Notes: generated from the sequence alone by a model not told the origin. DNA of 64,000 bases from Vulcanimicrobiota bacterium (GCA_050250895.1 JBFWNU010000001.1:968008-1032007); one strand, 5' to 3'; counted from the first letter of the stretch, positions 37,855 through 50,108 are shown. Program-made: numbers and translations.

Positions 37855-38715
37855 ATGTCGAGCATTCGCGATCTCAAGCGACGCATCAAGTCGGTGCGCA
37901 ACATCCAGCAGATCACCAAGGCCATGAAGATGGTCGCGGCTGCGCGTATTCGCAAGGCCGAAGAGCAGCTCAAAGCGGCCCGGCCTTATGCTGAAAAGCT
38001 CAAAGAGGTTGTCACCGACCTGACCTCTCAGATGGAGGACATCCTCCACCCTCTGATGGAGTCGCGCCCGGTCAAGCGAGTCGCTTATCTGGTCGTCAGT
38101 TCTGATAAAGGCCTGTGCGGTGCCTACAACAACAACTTGCTGCGCATGGCCTGGAGGGACCTGTCGGACGAGAACGGACTTCCTCACGACCTGATCGCGG
38201 TGGGAGCCAAGGTCAACAAGTATCTGGCCCGCCGTAAGGTGCAGCCCACCGTGGCCCGCACCGGCTGGAGCCCTGACTTCGTCCTGGCCCAAGAATTGGC
38301 CGACACGCTGTCCGACTGGTTCATCAACGAACAGGTCGATCAAGTGGTAGTCTTCTACACTCGCGCCGTGTCGGCCATGACCCAGGAGCCGCTGCGCGAG
38401 GTGATCCTGCCTCTGACCAACGTGGCCGACGCAGACCGGGCCGAGGCTCTGCCCTATGAATTCGAGCCCTCGGCCGAAGTCGCCCTCAACATCTTGCTAC
38501 CGCGCTATCTGCGCATGATCATCTACAAGATTCTAATGGAGGCCAAGGTGTCCGAGTTGGGGTCGCGACTCAAAGCCATGAGCAACGCTACCGACAACGC
38601 CGACAAATTGGCCGGAGAATTGACCCTGGAGTTCTTCCGACTCCGACAAGAGAGCATCACCCGCGAGATCCTCGAGATCTCGGGCGGTGCCGAAGCTTTG
38701 AAGGCGTCTAGTTAA
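37855..38715 (+). CDS. atpG: ATP synthase subunit gamma
   Basis: QITKAMKMVAA, SDKGLCG, AMSNATDNA, RQESITREILEI. Confidence 0.98.
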   Translation: MSSIRDLKRRIKSVRNIQQITKAMKMVAAARIRKAEEQLKAARPYAEKLKEVVTDLTSQMEDILHPLMESRPVKRVAYLVVSSDKGLCGAYNNNLLRMAWRDLSDENGLPHDLIAVGAKVNKYLARRKVQPTVARTGWSPDFVLAQELADTLSDWFINEQVDQVVVFYTRAVSAMTQEPLREVILPLTNVADADRAEALPYEFEPSAEVALNILLPRYLRMIIYKILMEAKVSELGSRLKAMSNATDNADKLAGELTLEFFRLRQESITREILEISGGAEALKASS

Positions 38716-40586
<1,871 letters not shown>

Positions 40587-40629
40587 AATCGCCGCGCCTC
40601 TCGAACCGCACCTGAGGGGTGATTTGGAA

Positions 40630-41904
40630 ATGGCAAGACTGGTAATTTCAGGCCCGACTCCCTTACGAGGAAGCCTGCCGGCAAGCGGCGCCAAGAACGC
40701 GGCTCTGCCCATCATCGCGGCTTCGATCCTGGCCCAGGGCCGGGTCGTGCTCGAGCGCGTACCCAACATCAGCGACGTCTGGTGCATGGCCGACATTTTG
40801 CGCGGCATGGGGGCCCAGGTCGACTATAACGGCGACGGTCGCATGGTGCTCGACACCTCGAAGGTCAACACGGTCGCGCCTCATGAGCTGGTACGCAAGA
40901 TGAACGCCTCGTTCGACGTGGCCGGACCGCTGCTGGCCTGCTATGGCGAAGCCGAAGTCTCGCTGCCGGGCGGCTGCCGGCTGGGCCCGCGCCCGGTCGA
41001 CCTGCACATCATGGGCTTTCGCAAACTGGGTGCCGAAGTCACCTCGGAGCGGGGCTTCGTCAAAGCTCGGGCCAAAAGGCTGGTGGGCGACCGCATCGTC
41101 TTTCCCAAGGTCAGCGTCGGGGCCACCAAGAACTGCCTGATGGCAGCCACCCTGGCCGAAGGCGAGACTCTGCTCGAGAACTGCGCTCGCGAGCCCGAGA
41201 TCGTGGATCTGGCCAACTTTCTCATCAAGATGGGAGCCAACATCCAGGGTCACGGCTCCTCGTCCATCACCATCAAAGGCGTCAAGCGCCTGCACGGGGT
41301 CGAATATCATATTCTGGCCGACCGGATCGAGGTCGGCACCTACCTGATCGGGGCGGTGGTGACCGGGGGAGACCTGACCATCGAGGATTGTGTCCCCGAG
41401 CACGTGGCCTCGCTGCTGGACCGGCTGCGCGAAGCCGGCCAGGAAGTCACCGTTTGGGACAAATCGGTGCGAGTCAAGCACGTTCATCCCATCAAGCCGC
41501 TGGAAGTGGCCACCGCGCCCTACCCCGGCTTTCCCACCGATCTGCATCCCCAGATGGTGACGATGATGACTCTGGCCGACGGCGCCAGCATTTTGCAAGA
41601 GACCATCTTTTCGGGTCGTTTCATGTATGCCATGGAACTGGTCCGATTGGGGGCCAAGCTCAAGGTGTCGGACCGCCAGGTGTTGGTGCGGGGAACCGAT
41701 CGCCTCTTCGGCGTCCCTGTGGATGCCCCCGACATCCGCGCCGGCGGGGCCCTGGTGCTGGCCGCCCTGGCCGCTGAGGGCGAGACCGTGATCTCGGGGG
41801 TTCGCTATATCGACCGCGGCTATCAAGAGATCGAGAGCCGGCTTTCGTCGGTGGGTGCTCACATCCGTCGTCTCGAGCAGCCGCTCACGCCTGTCCCCAA
41901 CTAG
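40630..41904 (+). CDS. murA: UDP-N-acetylglucosamine 1-carboxyvinyltransferase
   Basis: SGAKNAALP, LPGGC.LG.RPVDLH, SVGAT, PYPGFPTD, DRGY. Confidence 0.97.
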   Translation: MARLVISGPTPLRGSLPASGAKNAALPIIAASILAQGRVVLERVPNISDVWCMADILRGMGAQVDYNGDGRMVLDTSKVNTVAPHELVRKMNASFDVAGPLLACYGEAEVSLPGGCRLGPRPVDLHIMGFRKLGAEVTSERGFVKARAKRLVGDRIVFPKVSVGATKNCLMAATLAEGETLLENCAREPEIVDLANFLIKMGANIQGHGSSSITIKGVKRLHGVEYHILADRIEVGTYLIGAVVTGGDLTIEDCVPEHVASLLDRLREAGQEVTVWDKSVRVKHVHPIKPLEVATAPYPGFPTDLHPQMVTMMTLADGASILQETIFSGRFMYAMELVRLGAKLKVSDRQVLVRGTDRLFGVPVDAPDIRAGGALVLAALAAEGETVISGVRYIDRGYQEIESRLSSVGAHIRRLEQPLTPVPN

Positions 41905-41910
41905 GGCGCG

Positions 41911-42864
41911 GTGCGGCTCGCTGTCGATCTCGGCACCTCGCGTCTGAGGGTGATGGACGCGCGCCGCCAGTTGTTGCTCGACTGGCCTTCGTTGGTGGCC
42001 TTCGAAGCCGACAGCCTCAAGGTGGTAGCCGTCGGAGACGAGGCCCAGCCACTCGAAGGCAAGACCCCCGACTCGATCCGCTGCGAGTGGCCGCTCGAAG
42101 ACGGCGTCATCACGCGCCTCGAGGTCGCCGTGGCCCTGCTGACCAAAGCGCTGCGAGAAGTGGCCGGCCGTCTCAATCGCCCTGATCTGGTCCTGGGCGT
42201 TCCGGTGGGAGCGACCCGCATCGAGCAGCGAGCCTTCGAGCAAGCGGCCAGCGAGGCCGGAGCCCGACGGGTTCATCTGATCAGGCACCCGCTGGCTGCG
42301 GCCCTGGGCGCCGAACTGGACCAATCGGCCGGCCAGGGTCACCTGCTGCTCGACCTGGGCGGCGGTTGTTGCGACCTGGCCGTGGTGGCTCACGGCCACG
42401 TCGTGGTGGGAAAGACCCTCAGACTGGGCGGGCGCCGCCTCGACCGGGCCCTGGTTCACAACATCCGCAAGCAACAGAACCTGCTCTTGAGCCGGCTCAC
42501 CGCCGAAAAGGTCAAGCGCGAGCTTGCCTCGGCCTTTCCCGTCCGGGAAGAGGCTCAGCTCGAGGTCCACGGGCGTGACCTGGTCAGCGGGCTGCCCGCC
42601 AGTCGTAAGCTCGACGGCCGCCAGGCTCGGGAAGCTCTCGAGCCGGAATTGACCGGGTTGCTCGACGAACTCAGACAGCTGCTAGAGTCGACCCCGCCCG
42701 AGTTGTGCGGCGACATCCACGCGCATGGGTTCAGCCTGATGGGGGGTCTGAGCCAATTGGCGGGATTGGACCTCTTTCTGTCTGAAACCATGGGACTGGA
42801 ACCACACTCGGTGGACGAGCCCCAGCTGGTCCTAGTGCGCGGACTAGCCAGCTATCTCCAGTAG
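41911..42864 (+). CDS. divergent MreB/Mbl-family actin-like protein
   Basis: VDLGT, PLEDGVI, PLAAALGA, DLGGG, TAEKVK, TPPELCGDI. Confidence 0.85.
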   Translation: MRLAVDLGTSRLRVMDARRQLLLDWPSLVAFEADSLKVVAVGDEAQPLEGKTPDSIRCEWPLEDGVITRLEVAVALLTKALREVAGRLNRPDLVLGVPVGATRIEQRAFEQAASEAGARRVHLIRHPLAAALGAELDQSAGQGHLLLDLGGGCCDLAVVAHGHVVVGKTLRLGGRRLDRALVHNIRKQQNLLLSRLTAEKVKRELASAFPVREEAQLEVHGRDLVSGLPASRKLDGRQAREALEPELTGLLDELRQLLESTPPELCGDIHAHGFSLMGGLSQLAGLDLFLSETMGLEPHSVDEPQLVLVRGLASYLQ

Positions 42865-44241
42865 CGGCAGGGCGAACACAAAACGAGCCCCCTGGTGAGG
42901 CTTGCTTTCAATCCAGATGTCTCCCAAGTGAGCCTGGACGGTCTGCCGGCAGATGGCCAGACCCAGCCCGGTCCCACCCTGATGACGCGAACGATCCTGG
43001 TCGACCCGATAGAATCGATCGAAGACCAGCTTTTGCTCCGCTGGCGAGAGCCCGACCCCGTTGTCTTGAACCCACACCAGCACCCGCTCGGCCTGACGCT
43101 CGGCCCCGACCTCGACCCGCGGCGAGGTCTGGTCGACCACGGCTCGCAGGGCATTGTCGACCAGATTGGTCAAGACCTGGCCCAGGCGGTGGCGGTCGAC
43201 CGTGACTTGAAGCTCGTGAGCAATGGCGATGCGTAGCACTCCGGGACTGCGCTGGCTCAGGGCGGCCAGGGCTTCTTCAGCCAACTCGCGCAAGACGACG
43301 GGCTCACAGCGCAGGGCTACCTCTCCTTCGCCGCGGGTCAGGGTCAGCATATCGGTCACCAGCCGCTCCATCCTGGCCACCTCGCCAGCGATCAGGCCCA
43401 CGAAGCGAGCCGCCAACTCGGGCTGCTCGAGAGCCCCGTCCGAGAGCGCCTCGGACAGGGCCCGGAGCGACGCGATCGGGGTCTTGAGCTCATGCGAGGC
43501 GTCGGAGACGAACTGGGTCAACAATCGTCGGTGGTCCTCGAGCCGCTCGGCCATCTGGTCGATGTCGCGCCCGAGCCGCCCCAACTCGTCGTAGCGCCTC
43601 AGGTCGAGGCGATGGCGGTAGTCGCCCTGCGAGACCCGTTCGACCCCTTCGGCCAGGCGGGTGAGCGGGCGGGTCAGAAACGAGCCCAGCAAAAGGCTGA
43701 CCACCAGCGCCAGCAGGCTGGCCCACAGTCCCACCACCACCAACTGGTAGCGCAGGTCCTCAAGCAGTTCGTCGAGCCAGTCGAGGGGGCGCGAGGCATA
43801 GACCGCTCCAACCAGCTTTCCGTTGGCTCGCATGGGCACGGCCACGAACAGGCGGCCCTGGCGCACTTCGTGCCGATAGCGACCATTGAGGGCCTCATAG
43901 ACCTCGGGCAGGTCACGCACATTGGCCCGCCCGTCCGGGTTCGAATCCTCCAGCACGTCACCGCGCCAGTTGACGAAACAGAAACGGGCTCCCAGGTCCT
44001 GAGACAGCCGCATCATCTCGCCAGCGATCAGCTTGCGCTCGGACTGGGTCAGGGCCACCTCGTCCATATGCGTACCCATCAGGCTGGCGATCGACTCGGC
44101 GTGGGAGCGAAGGTTGGCTTCGGCCGTATCCAGAAAGCGAGCGCGCAAGGTACCGAAGAGAAAAAAACCCGCCAGCACCAGGGCCGCCAGGGTCGAAGCC
44201 AGCAGGGCCAGAGTCAGGGGAACGCGGACACTACTCTTCAA
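42844..44241 (-). CDS. HAMP-domain sensor histidine kinase (CreC/WalK-like)
   Basis: Two TM helices, HAMP, SDASHELKTP, NLVDNA, DNGVG, FYRVD..R, GGTGLGL. Confidence 0.95.
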   Translation of the reverse strand: MKSSVRVPLTLALLASTLAALVLAGFFLFGTLRARFLDTAEANLRSHAESIASLMGTHMDEVALTQSERKLIAGEMMRLSQDLGARFCFVNWRGDVLEDSNPDGRANVRDLPEVYEALNGRYRHEVRQGRLFVAVPMRANGKLVGAVYASRPLDWLDELLEDLRYQLVVVGLWASLLALVVSLLLGSFLTRPLTRLAEGVERVSQGDYRHRLDLRRYDELGRLGRDIDQMAERLEDHRRLLTQFVSDASHELKTPIASLRALSEALSDGALEQPELAARFVGLIAGEVARMERLVTDMLTLTRGEGEVALRCEPVVLRELAEEALAALSQRSPGVLRIAIAHELQVTVDRHRLGQVLTNLVDNALRAVVDQTSPRVEVGAERQAERVLVWVQDNGVGLSPAEQKLVFDRFYRVDQDRSRHQGGTGLGLAICRQTVQAHLGDIWIESKPHQGARFVFALPLLEIAG

Positions 44242-44899
44242 ATCGGTAGCCGACCCCTCGCACGGTGGTGATGCGGTCGATGGTCAGCTTGTCTCGCAGC
44301 CGGCCCACGGTCACATTGACCACTCTGGCCTCGCCCTCGTAGTCATAACCCCAGACCTTCTCGAGCAACTGCTCGCGGCTGAGCACCTGACCGCGATGCC
44401 GCATCAAGACCACCAGCAGGTCGAATTCGCGCGGTGAGAGTTCCAGTGGTTGACCGGCCAGCACCGTCTCGCGCCGGCCCAGGTCGACCTTGAGACCCTG
44501 GCTGACCAGCAAGCTGGTTTCGCCCCGACGGCGCTCGCGCCGCAAGTGAGCCTTGACGCGAGCCACCAGTTCGCGCGAGCTGAACGGTTTGGTCAGATAG
44601 TCATCGGCCCCCACTTCGAGGCCGACCACCCGGTCGATCTCTTCGTCCCGGGCGCTCAAGAGCAGAATCGGCTGGCTGTAGCCGTCGGCCCGCAAGGCCT
44701 GGCAAACCTCGAGGCCATCGAGTCCGGGCAGGTTGATGTCAAGCAAGATCAGCTCGGGGGGCGAGTTGCGCACCAGTTCGAGAGCTTTGGGACCGGTGTC
44801 GGCCGACCAAACGAGATAGCCGGCCTTCTCGAGCTGAAATCGCACAGCCTCGACCAACGCTTGTTCATCGTCGACGACCAGCACAGTGGCTCGCTGCAT
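44231..44899 (-). CDS. OmpR/PhoB-family response regulator
   Basis: VLVVDDE, LLDINLP, GADDYLTKPF, winged helix ITTVRGVGYRF. Confidence 0.95.
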   Translation of the reverse strand: MQRATVLVVDDEQALVEAVRFQLEKAGYLVWSADTGPKALELVRNSPPELILLDINLPGLDGLEVCQALRADGYSQPILLLSARDEEIDRVVGLEVGADDYLTKPFSSRELVARVKAHLRRERRRGETSLLVSQGLKVDLGRRETVLAGQPLELSPREFDLLVVLMRHRGQVLSREQLLEKVWGYDYEGEARVVNVTVGRLRDKLTIDRITTVRGVGYRFEE

Positions 44900-44976
44900 C
44901 GAGTCTATTTCGGTTCGTTGCCGTTTTGTGTCCTGCCCGTGTCCGGGTTGAGACCCGGTCGAGCTAGGCTGAGACC

Positions 44977-46380
44977 ATGACAAAACAACTCGAACACACT
45001 CTGACCAGCTTCCTGATGGCTTGCTGGTCATGGACCCTGGCCCACCCGGGTTTACTCCTGCTCCTGGTGGCCATCATCCTTTTGTGGCGACGCCTTGAAC
45101 CGCAGGCGGCCGCCCGGCTCCTTCGGTGGAGCGCCCTGACCGTGGTCCTGGTCGTGCTGGTCAAGCTGCTGGTGAGCGTGGGCTGGGCCACCCTCGACCG
45201 CTTCGACCAGAGTCGTAACGCGCTCTATTCGACGGGCCAGACCGATTCGGGCCAGGACACCATTCAATACGCACCTTCAGCCGCTGTCGAAGAGATCGCT
45301 ACTCGCCAGCAGAGTCTCTATTTCTCGCCCCGCGCCTTCGAGATGTCCGGGCTGGCCGCCTTACCCGGGTGGAACGGCCAGGATGTGGTCGAGTCGCCCT
45401 CGATCATCGACATCGAAGATCGCCTCGAGCAATCGGGTCAAACCACCTGGGTGCGTCGCAAACTGGTCTTCCGCAGCTATCTCGGGGTGCCCCTCGAGTT
45501 GAGCGACCTGAAACTGGACCTTCGCTTCGTGCCCGACTCGGTGGCGTATCAATCCCACTTCCAGGCGAGCTATCTATTCCACAATCCTCTCGACCGCAAA
45601 GCCCGGCTCCGTTTCAACTTTCCTTTGCCCCTCAATAGCGGAACCCTCAATGACTTCCAGATGACCGTCAATGGAGAGAAGTCGCCGGCCATCTGGGAAG
45701 GCGAGGTCGAGGCCGGTGGACAGGTCAAGGTCGAGGTTTCTTACCGCAACCGGGGCCGGCGTTCCTGGACCTATTCGCCCACCCAACAGCGGGCCAGCAT
45801 CGGGCAATTGACCCTGAAACTCACCTCTGACAACCAGGAGATCAAGTTTCGCCGAGACAGCCTCTTTCCCACCGACGGCAGCGCCGGCGATTGGCACTGG
45901 AAACTCTCCGACGTCATCACTTCGCAAGACATCAGCCTCTTCTTTCCCACCACCTCCAAACGCGAACGAATGGCCAGGGTGCTCGAGTTTGCCCCCCTGG
46001 GAATGGTGCTGCTGCTGGTGCTGGCGATGATGGTGAAAGAACACGACCCGGGTAGGTTGGCTTTGCTGGCCCTGACCTACGCCGGCTCGCTCGTGCTCAC
46101 CAGTTACCTCTGGACCTATCTGGGCTTCACCGCCGCCGTCACCCTCGGCGCCCTGGTGGGAGCCGGCGTCACCGCGGCCACCCAACAAAACCGTCTACTG
46201 GTGGCGGCCTTCGCACTGTGGCTCTGCTTCTGCTGGTCGGGGCAGACGGGGCTGCTGCTGACGGTGGCGGGATTGGGGGCTCTGACCTGGTGGGGACAAA
46301 CCGGCAATCTGGCGGTCAACTCTGGCAACAAACACGCCACCCAGGTCAGCTCCCCATCAGCCACGCTCGATAGTCTATAG
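44977..46380 (+). CDS. CreD-like inner membrane protein
   Basis: Two N-terminal TM helices, large periplasmic beta domain (FQASYLFHNP, FNFPLP), about five C-terminal TM helices; divergent from the two-component pair. Confidence 0.55.
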   Translation: MTKQLEHTLTSFLMACWSWTLAHPGLLLLLVAIILLWRRLEPQAAARLLRWSALTVVLVVLVKLLVSVGWATLDRFDQSRNALYSTGQTDSGQDTIQYAPSAAVEEIATRQQSLYFSPRAFEMSGLAALPGWNGQDVVESPSIIDIEDRLEQSGQTTWVRRKLVFRSYLGVPLELSDLKLDLRFVPDSVAYQSHFQASYLFHNPLDRKARLRFNFPLPLNSGTLNDFQMTVNGEKSPAIWEGEVEAGGQVKVEVSYRNRGRRSWTYSPTQQRASIGQLTLKLTSDNQEIKFRRDSLFPTDGSAGDWHWKLSDVITSQDISLFFPTTSKRERMARVLEFAPLGMVLLLVLAMMVKEHDPGRLALLALTYAGSLVLTSYLWTYLGFTAAVTLGALVGAGVTAATQQNRLLVAAFALWLCFCWSGQTGLLLTVAGLGALTWWGQTGNLAVNSGNKHATQVSSPSATLDSL

Positions 46381-46440
46381 CCGCGGGTCTCTACTCGATT
46401 CGAGGGGTCCCGCGAGGATGCGTGGAAGACCACCTGAGCA

Positions 46441-47706
46441 GTGCCTAGATATCGTTATGTAGCCGTCGACCCTGAAGGGACGACGCACCGGGGCGAGGTC
46501 GATATCTCCGAGCTGGAAGCGGTGCTGGGACGAGCAGCGCGCGGCTGGAAGATCCTTGATGTCCAAGAAGTCGGGGGGGCGGCCTCACCAGCCGAGCGCC
46601 CGCGCCAGGCCAGCCCCTCCACTGCCTCCAGTTCTGTCTCTGCTGAACCAGAGACCCCGCCGTTCTGGGCTCGAAGCCGGGTGCCGTCGAGAGTGGTGGC
46701 GACCTTTCTGCAGCAACTCGGCATGGCCTTGAAGAATGGCGTTTCGCCGGGTCAGGCCATCCATCTGCTGGCCCAGGAGTCTGAGTTTCCTCAGTTCCAG
46801 CGAGTGGTCGAGCAGATCCTTGACGACATCACCATGCGGGGGCGCTCGCTTTATCTGGCCATGGCGCGCCACCCCAAGGTCTTTCCCGCCACCTGCTTGA
46901 TGCTGGTGCGCTCGGGCGAAGAAGGGGGCGATGTGGCCGGTCGCCTGGAGCGGGCGAGCGATCTCATCATGCGCTCCAGCGACCGCGAAAAAGAGGTGCG
47001 CCGCGCTCTCAGCGGCCCCATGGTCACCGCCTCGATGGGAATCGTCATGCTGTTCGCGGTGGTGCGCTTCGTGGTCCCCCAGATACTTCAGCTCTACAAC
47101 GACATGGATGCCGACTTGCCCTGGATCTCGAGGCTGTGCATCATGGTGGTTCACATCCTCAACCACCCCCTGACCCTGGTCGGTCTGGGCGTGACCGCCA
47201 TCGGAGTCTACGTCTTCCGGAGCACCCTGCGCGAGATGCTGTTCGAGACCGGTCTGTTGATCCCCGGAGTGGGCGAACTGCTCGGTAGCTTTCTCGGCTC
47301 GCAATTCTGCGAGGTGCTGGCCTACCTTTATCGCGACGGCATTCCCATCGGACGGGCCATCGGCATGCTCGAGAAAACCGCCGAGTTCAAGCTGCACGCC
47401 CGCTATTTGCGCCTGTGTCGCAAACGTCTCGAGAATTCGGGCAGCCTCAGCGAGGCCGTTTGCGAGATCCCCTATTTTCCGCGCATGCTCCACTCGCTGG
47501 CGGCGGTGGCCGAAGAGACTGGTAGCACCGACACTCTCTTCGCTACGGGCGCTCGCATGATGGAAGAAGAGGTCGAGCTGGTCTTGACGCAATTGGTGAC
47601 CATCATCGAGCCCGTCACCGTATGCGTCCTCGGAGTGGCCACCGGCTTCTTCTTTATCGGACTCTTCTTGCCCGTCTACGGGATTCTCTCCAAGCTCGGC
47701 GGCTGA
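46441..47706 (+). CDS. type II secretion F / type IV pilus platform protein (PilC-like)
   Basis: YRYVAVD..G, AMARHPKVF, GEEGG, AEETG, IIEP, FLPVY duplicated T2SSF domains. Confidence 0.9.
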   Translation: MPRYRYVAVDPEGTTHRGEVDISELEAVLGRAARGWKILDVQEVGGAASPAERPRQASPSTASSSVSAEPETPPFWARSRVPSRVVATFLQQLGMALKNGVSPGQAIHLLAQESEFPQFQRVVEQILDDITMRGRSLYLAMARHPKVFPATCLMLVRSGEEGGDVAGRLERASDLIMRSSDREKEVRRALSGPMVTASMGIVMLFAVVRFVVPQILQLYNDMDADLPWISRLCIMVVHILNHPLTLVGLGVTAIGVYVFRSTLREMLFETGLLIPGVGELLGSFLGSQFCEVLAYLYRDGIPIGRAIGMLEKTAEFKLHARYLRLCRKRLENSGSLSEAVCEIPYFPRMLHSLAAVAEETGSTDTLFATGARMMEEEVELVLTQLVTIIEPVTVCVLGVATGFFFIGLFLPVYGILSKLGG

Positions 47707-47743
47707 CGAAGGAACCGGCTTTCGGTCTGCCAAAGCCATTCGG

Positions 47744-50104
47744 GTGGAAGCCGACATTCGCATTCTGGTGCTCGAAGACGATGCGGTCATGCGCGAGACT
47801 TTGCGAGAGGCCCTCGAAGAAGAGGGTTATCAAGTCGAGGCCGTAGCCTCGGGTGTGAAGGCCATCGAACAAGCCCGCGGGTCGGCCTTCGACCTGATCG
47901 TAGCCGACGTTCGTATGGAAGGTATCGACGGCCTCGACACCATCGAGCAGGTGCGCGACATCGCACCCGGCATTCGCAGCCTCGTGGTGACCGGCTACTG
48001 CAACGAGGCCGACACCATTCGCGCTCTCAAGTTGGGGGTGGGAGACTACATTCAAAAGCCGTTCCAGCTTCAGGACTTTCTCGACTCGGTCCGCCGACAA
48101 GTGCTGCAAAAGAAAGTCGATAGCGAGCGCCAGGCCGACCGCCAGGCTTTTGCCCGGGCCCTGCGCCTGGCTCTCGAGGCGCGCGCCCGCCTGTACGACC
48201 TCGAAGTCGGCGGGTGCTATCCCAAGGTCGAGGGGCTGCAGAAGCTGGGCCCCTGGGCGCGAGCCCTGGCCCAAGAATCGGGCTTGAGCGACGAAGAGTG
48301 CCTCAGGGTCGAGATCCTGGCCTATCTGCGGGGGCTCGAGAGCCAGCAGCCCGACTTCTCGCTCGAGGGCCTGGAGGACTCTCTCGACGAGAACACCCGG
48401 GCCGCTCTGGGCCAACTTCGCCACGCTTCGCCCGAACTGGTACAGGCCCAACTGGCAGCCGCCATCCTGGCTTTCGGAGCCCTCGAGGAAGCCGACGCCG
48501 AAAGCTTGCTAGAAAGCGCCATTCCTCCCCTTTGGGTCGAGAGCTTGCAGCGTCTGGAAAGCGAGGGACCAAACCAGACCCAGCCTCGCCGGGGCGGACA
48601 GTCCGGCTCGCGCCGCCGGGGTCTGCTGGCCCTGGGTCAGGCCCTGGAGGGCCGCGGCGACGGCGACGGGGCGGCCACCGCCTATCAGGCCGTGATCAAA
48701 GAATCGGAAGAAGGCGCCGAGACCATCGAGGCCCGTCTGGGCCTGGCTCGCCTGGCCCGCCAATCCGGCCAGCGCCTTGAGGCCCTGGAGGAGGCCCGCC
48801 GGGCGGTCGAGAGCGCCGCCCGCCAGGGACCCAACAGTCTGGCCCTGACGCAGGTCGAGGCTGCCTTTCTGGCTTTCGAGCAAGACCGGCAATGGGCTGT
48901 CGACCAGTTGACCCGGGCCCGGGCCGGCTTCGAAAAATTCGGCCAGGCGGCCGGACTGGCCAAGGTGGATCTGGCCCTGTGGGTGGCCCGTGGCGACGGC
49001 CAGGCCGCTCCCGGCGAGGCCCTGCGCCGCCTGACCCTGCCGCTCAACAGTGATGAACTTGCACTGTGTGCCCGCTGGCTGGCGCCCCAACTGCTGGAAC
49101 GGTGTCCCGACCAGAGCGAGGCCGAGCAGGCTCTTTTTCAGATTGCCCGGCTCTTTCCCGGAGAGCTACAACGCATGTTGCACCGGCGCCAACTCTCGGC
49201 CGGGGCCCGGGCTAACCTGGTGCCGGTGCTGGCCCGGGCCGGCGGGGCGGCGGCCGCTGGCCTGCTCGAACTGCTCAGCCAGGATGGCGACCCCGACGTG
49301 CTAGCCGCCCTCCAGCGCCACAAGCCGGGGGCTGAATCGGGGCTGCCGCTAATCCGCCTGTATACGCTGGGGGCTTTCGCCATCTATCGCGGTGAAGAGC
49401 GAATTCCCGACAAGACCTGGCGCCGCAAGAAGAACCGCCTGTTTCTGGCTCGGTTGGCGGCTGCCCCAGGAGCGGTCCCGGAAGACGTCTTGATCGAAGA
49501 GTTCTGGCCGGGCGATCCCGATAAGGGCCGGCAGAACATCTACTCGGCCACCTCGGTGGCCCGCAAGTGCCTGGCTCCTTCGGACGGCGAGCGGCTGGAA
49601 GTGGTCGATCGCTCGGGCCTGGGCCTGAGTTTGTCGACGCAAATCCCGCTCTGGCACGATCTCAGCGAAGTTCAGGGCGAATTCGAACAAGCCCGCCGCT
49701 GCCAGGATGCCGACCGGGTCCAGGAGAGCTATCCCCATCTCAAGCGCGTCCACAAGCTCTACCGAGGTCCCTATCTAGAGGGCTGCTTCATGGACTGGGC
49801 CGTCGACATCCGGCGCAACCTCGAGCACCTGCTGTTGCAGACCTTCGGCCGATTGTGCGGCTGGCTCGAAGAACAGCGCCGGGGCGACGAGCTCGGCGAG
49901 TTCTCGCGCTGGATGCTCGAGGTCGACCCCTGCTCGCAGCAGGCCCACGTATCGCTGATGCGCTCGCTACTGCTGGAGGAACGTCCTGAGGAGGCGGTCA
50001 GACATTTCGAGCGGGCTCGCTTGACGCTGGCCCGCGAACTGGCCATGGAACCCTCCATCGAGCTACTGCGCGAACACCAGCGCGCCCTGCTGAGCCTCGA
50101 CTAA
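47744..50104 (+). CDS. response regulator with REC, TPR, wHTH and BTAD domains
   Basis: REC (LEDD, ADVRMEG, QKPF); IRLYTLGAF, LIEEFWP, LYRGPYLEG..DW, DPCSQQAH, ELAMEPS SARP/BTAD signatures. Confidence 0.88.
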   Translation: MEADIRILVLEDDAVMRETLREALEEEGYQVEAVASGVKAIEQARGSAFDLIVADVRMEGIDGLDTIEQVRDIAPGIRSLVVTGYCNEADTIRALKLGVGDYIQKPFQLQDFLDSVRRQVLQKKVDSERQADRQAFARALRLALEARARLYDLEVGGCYPKVEGLQKLGPWARALAQESGLSDEECLRVEILAYLRGLESQQPDFSLEGLEDSLDENTRAALGQLRHASPELVQAQLAAAILAFGALEEADAESLLESAIPPLWVESLQRLESEGPNQTQPRRGGQSGSRRRGLLALGQALEGRGDGDGAATAYQAVIKESEEGAETIEARLGLARLARQSGQRLEALEEARRAVESAARQGPNSLALTQVEAAFLAFEQDRQWAVDQLTRARAGFEKFGQAAGLAKVDLALWVARGDGQAAPGEALRRLTLPLNSDELALCARWLAPQLLERCPDQSEAEQALFQIARLFPGELQRMLHRRQLSAGARANLVPVLARAGGAAAAGLLELLSQDGDPDVLAALQRHKPGAESGLPLIRLYTLGAFAIYRGEERIPDKTWRRKKNRLFLARLAAAPGAVPEDVLIEEFWPGDPDKGRQNIYSATSVARKCLAPSDGERLEVVDRSGLGLSLSTQIPLWHDLSEVQGEFEQARRCQDADRVQESYPHLKRVHKLYRGPYLEGCFMDWAVDIRRNLEHLLLQTFGRLCGWLEEQRRGDELGEFSRWMLEVDPCSQQAHVSLMRSLLLEERPEEAVRHFERARLTLARELAMEPSIELLREHQRALLSLD

Positions 50105-50108
50105 GGGC

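Noticed and set aside
40630-41904. Fosfomycin-resistant MurA
   Set aside because: The active-site Cys in LPGGC is retained
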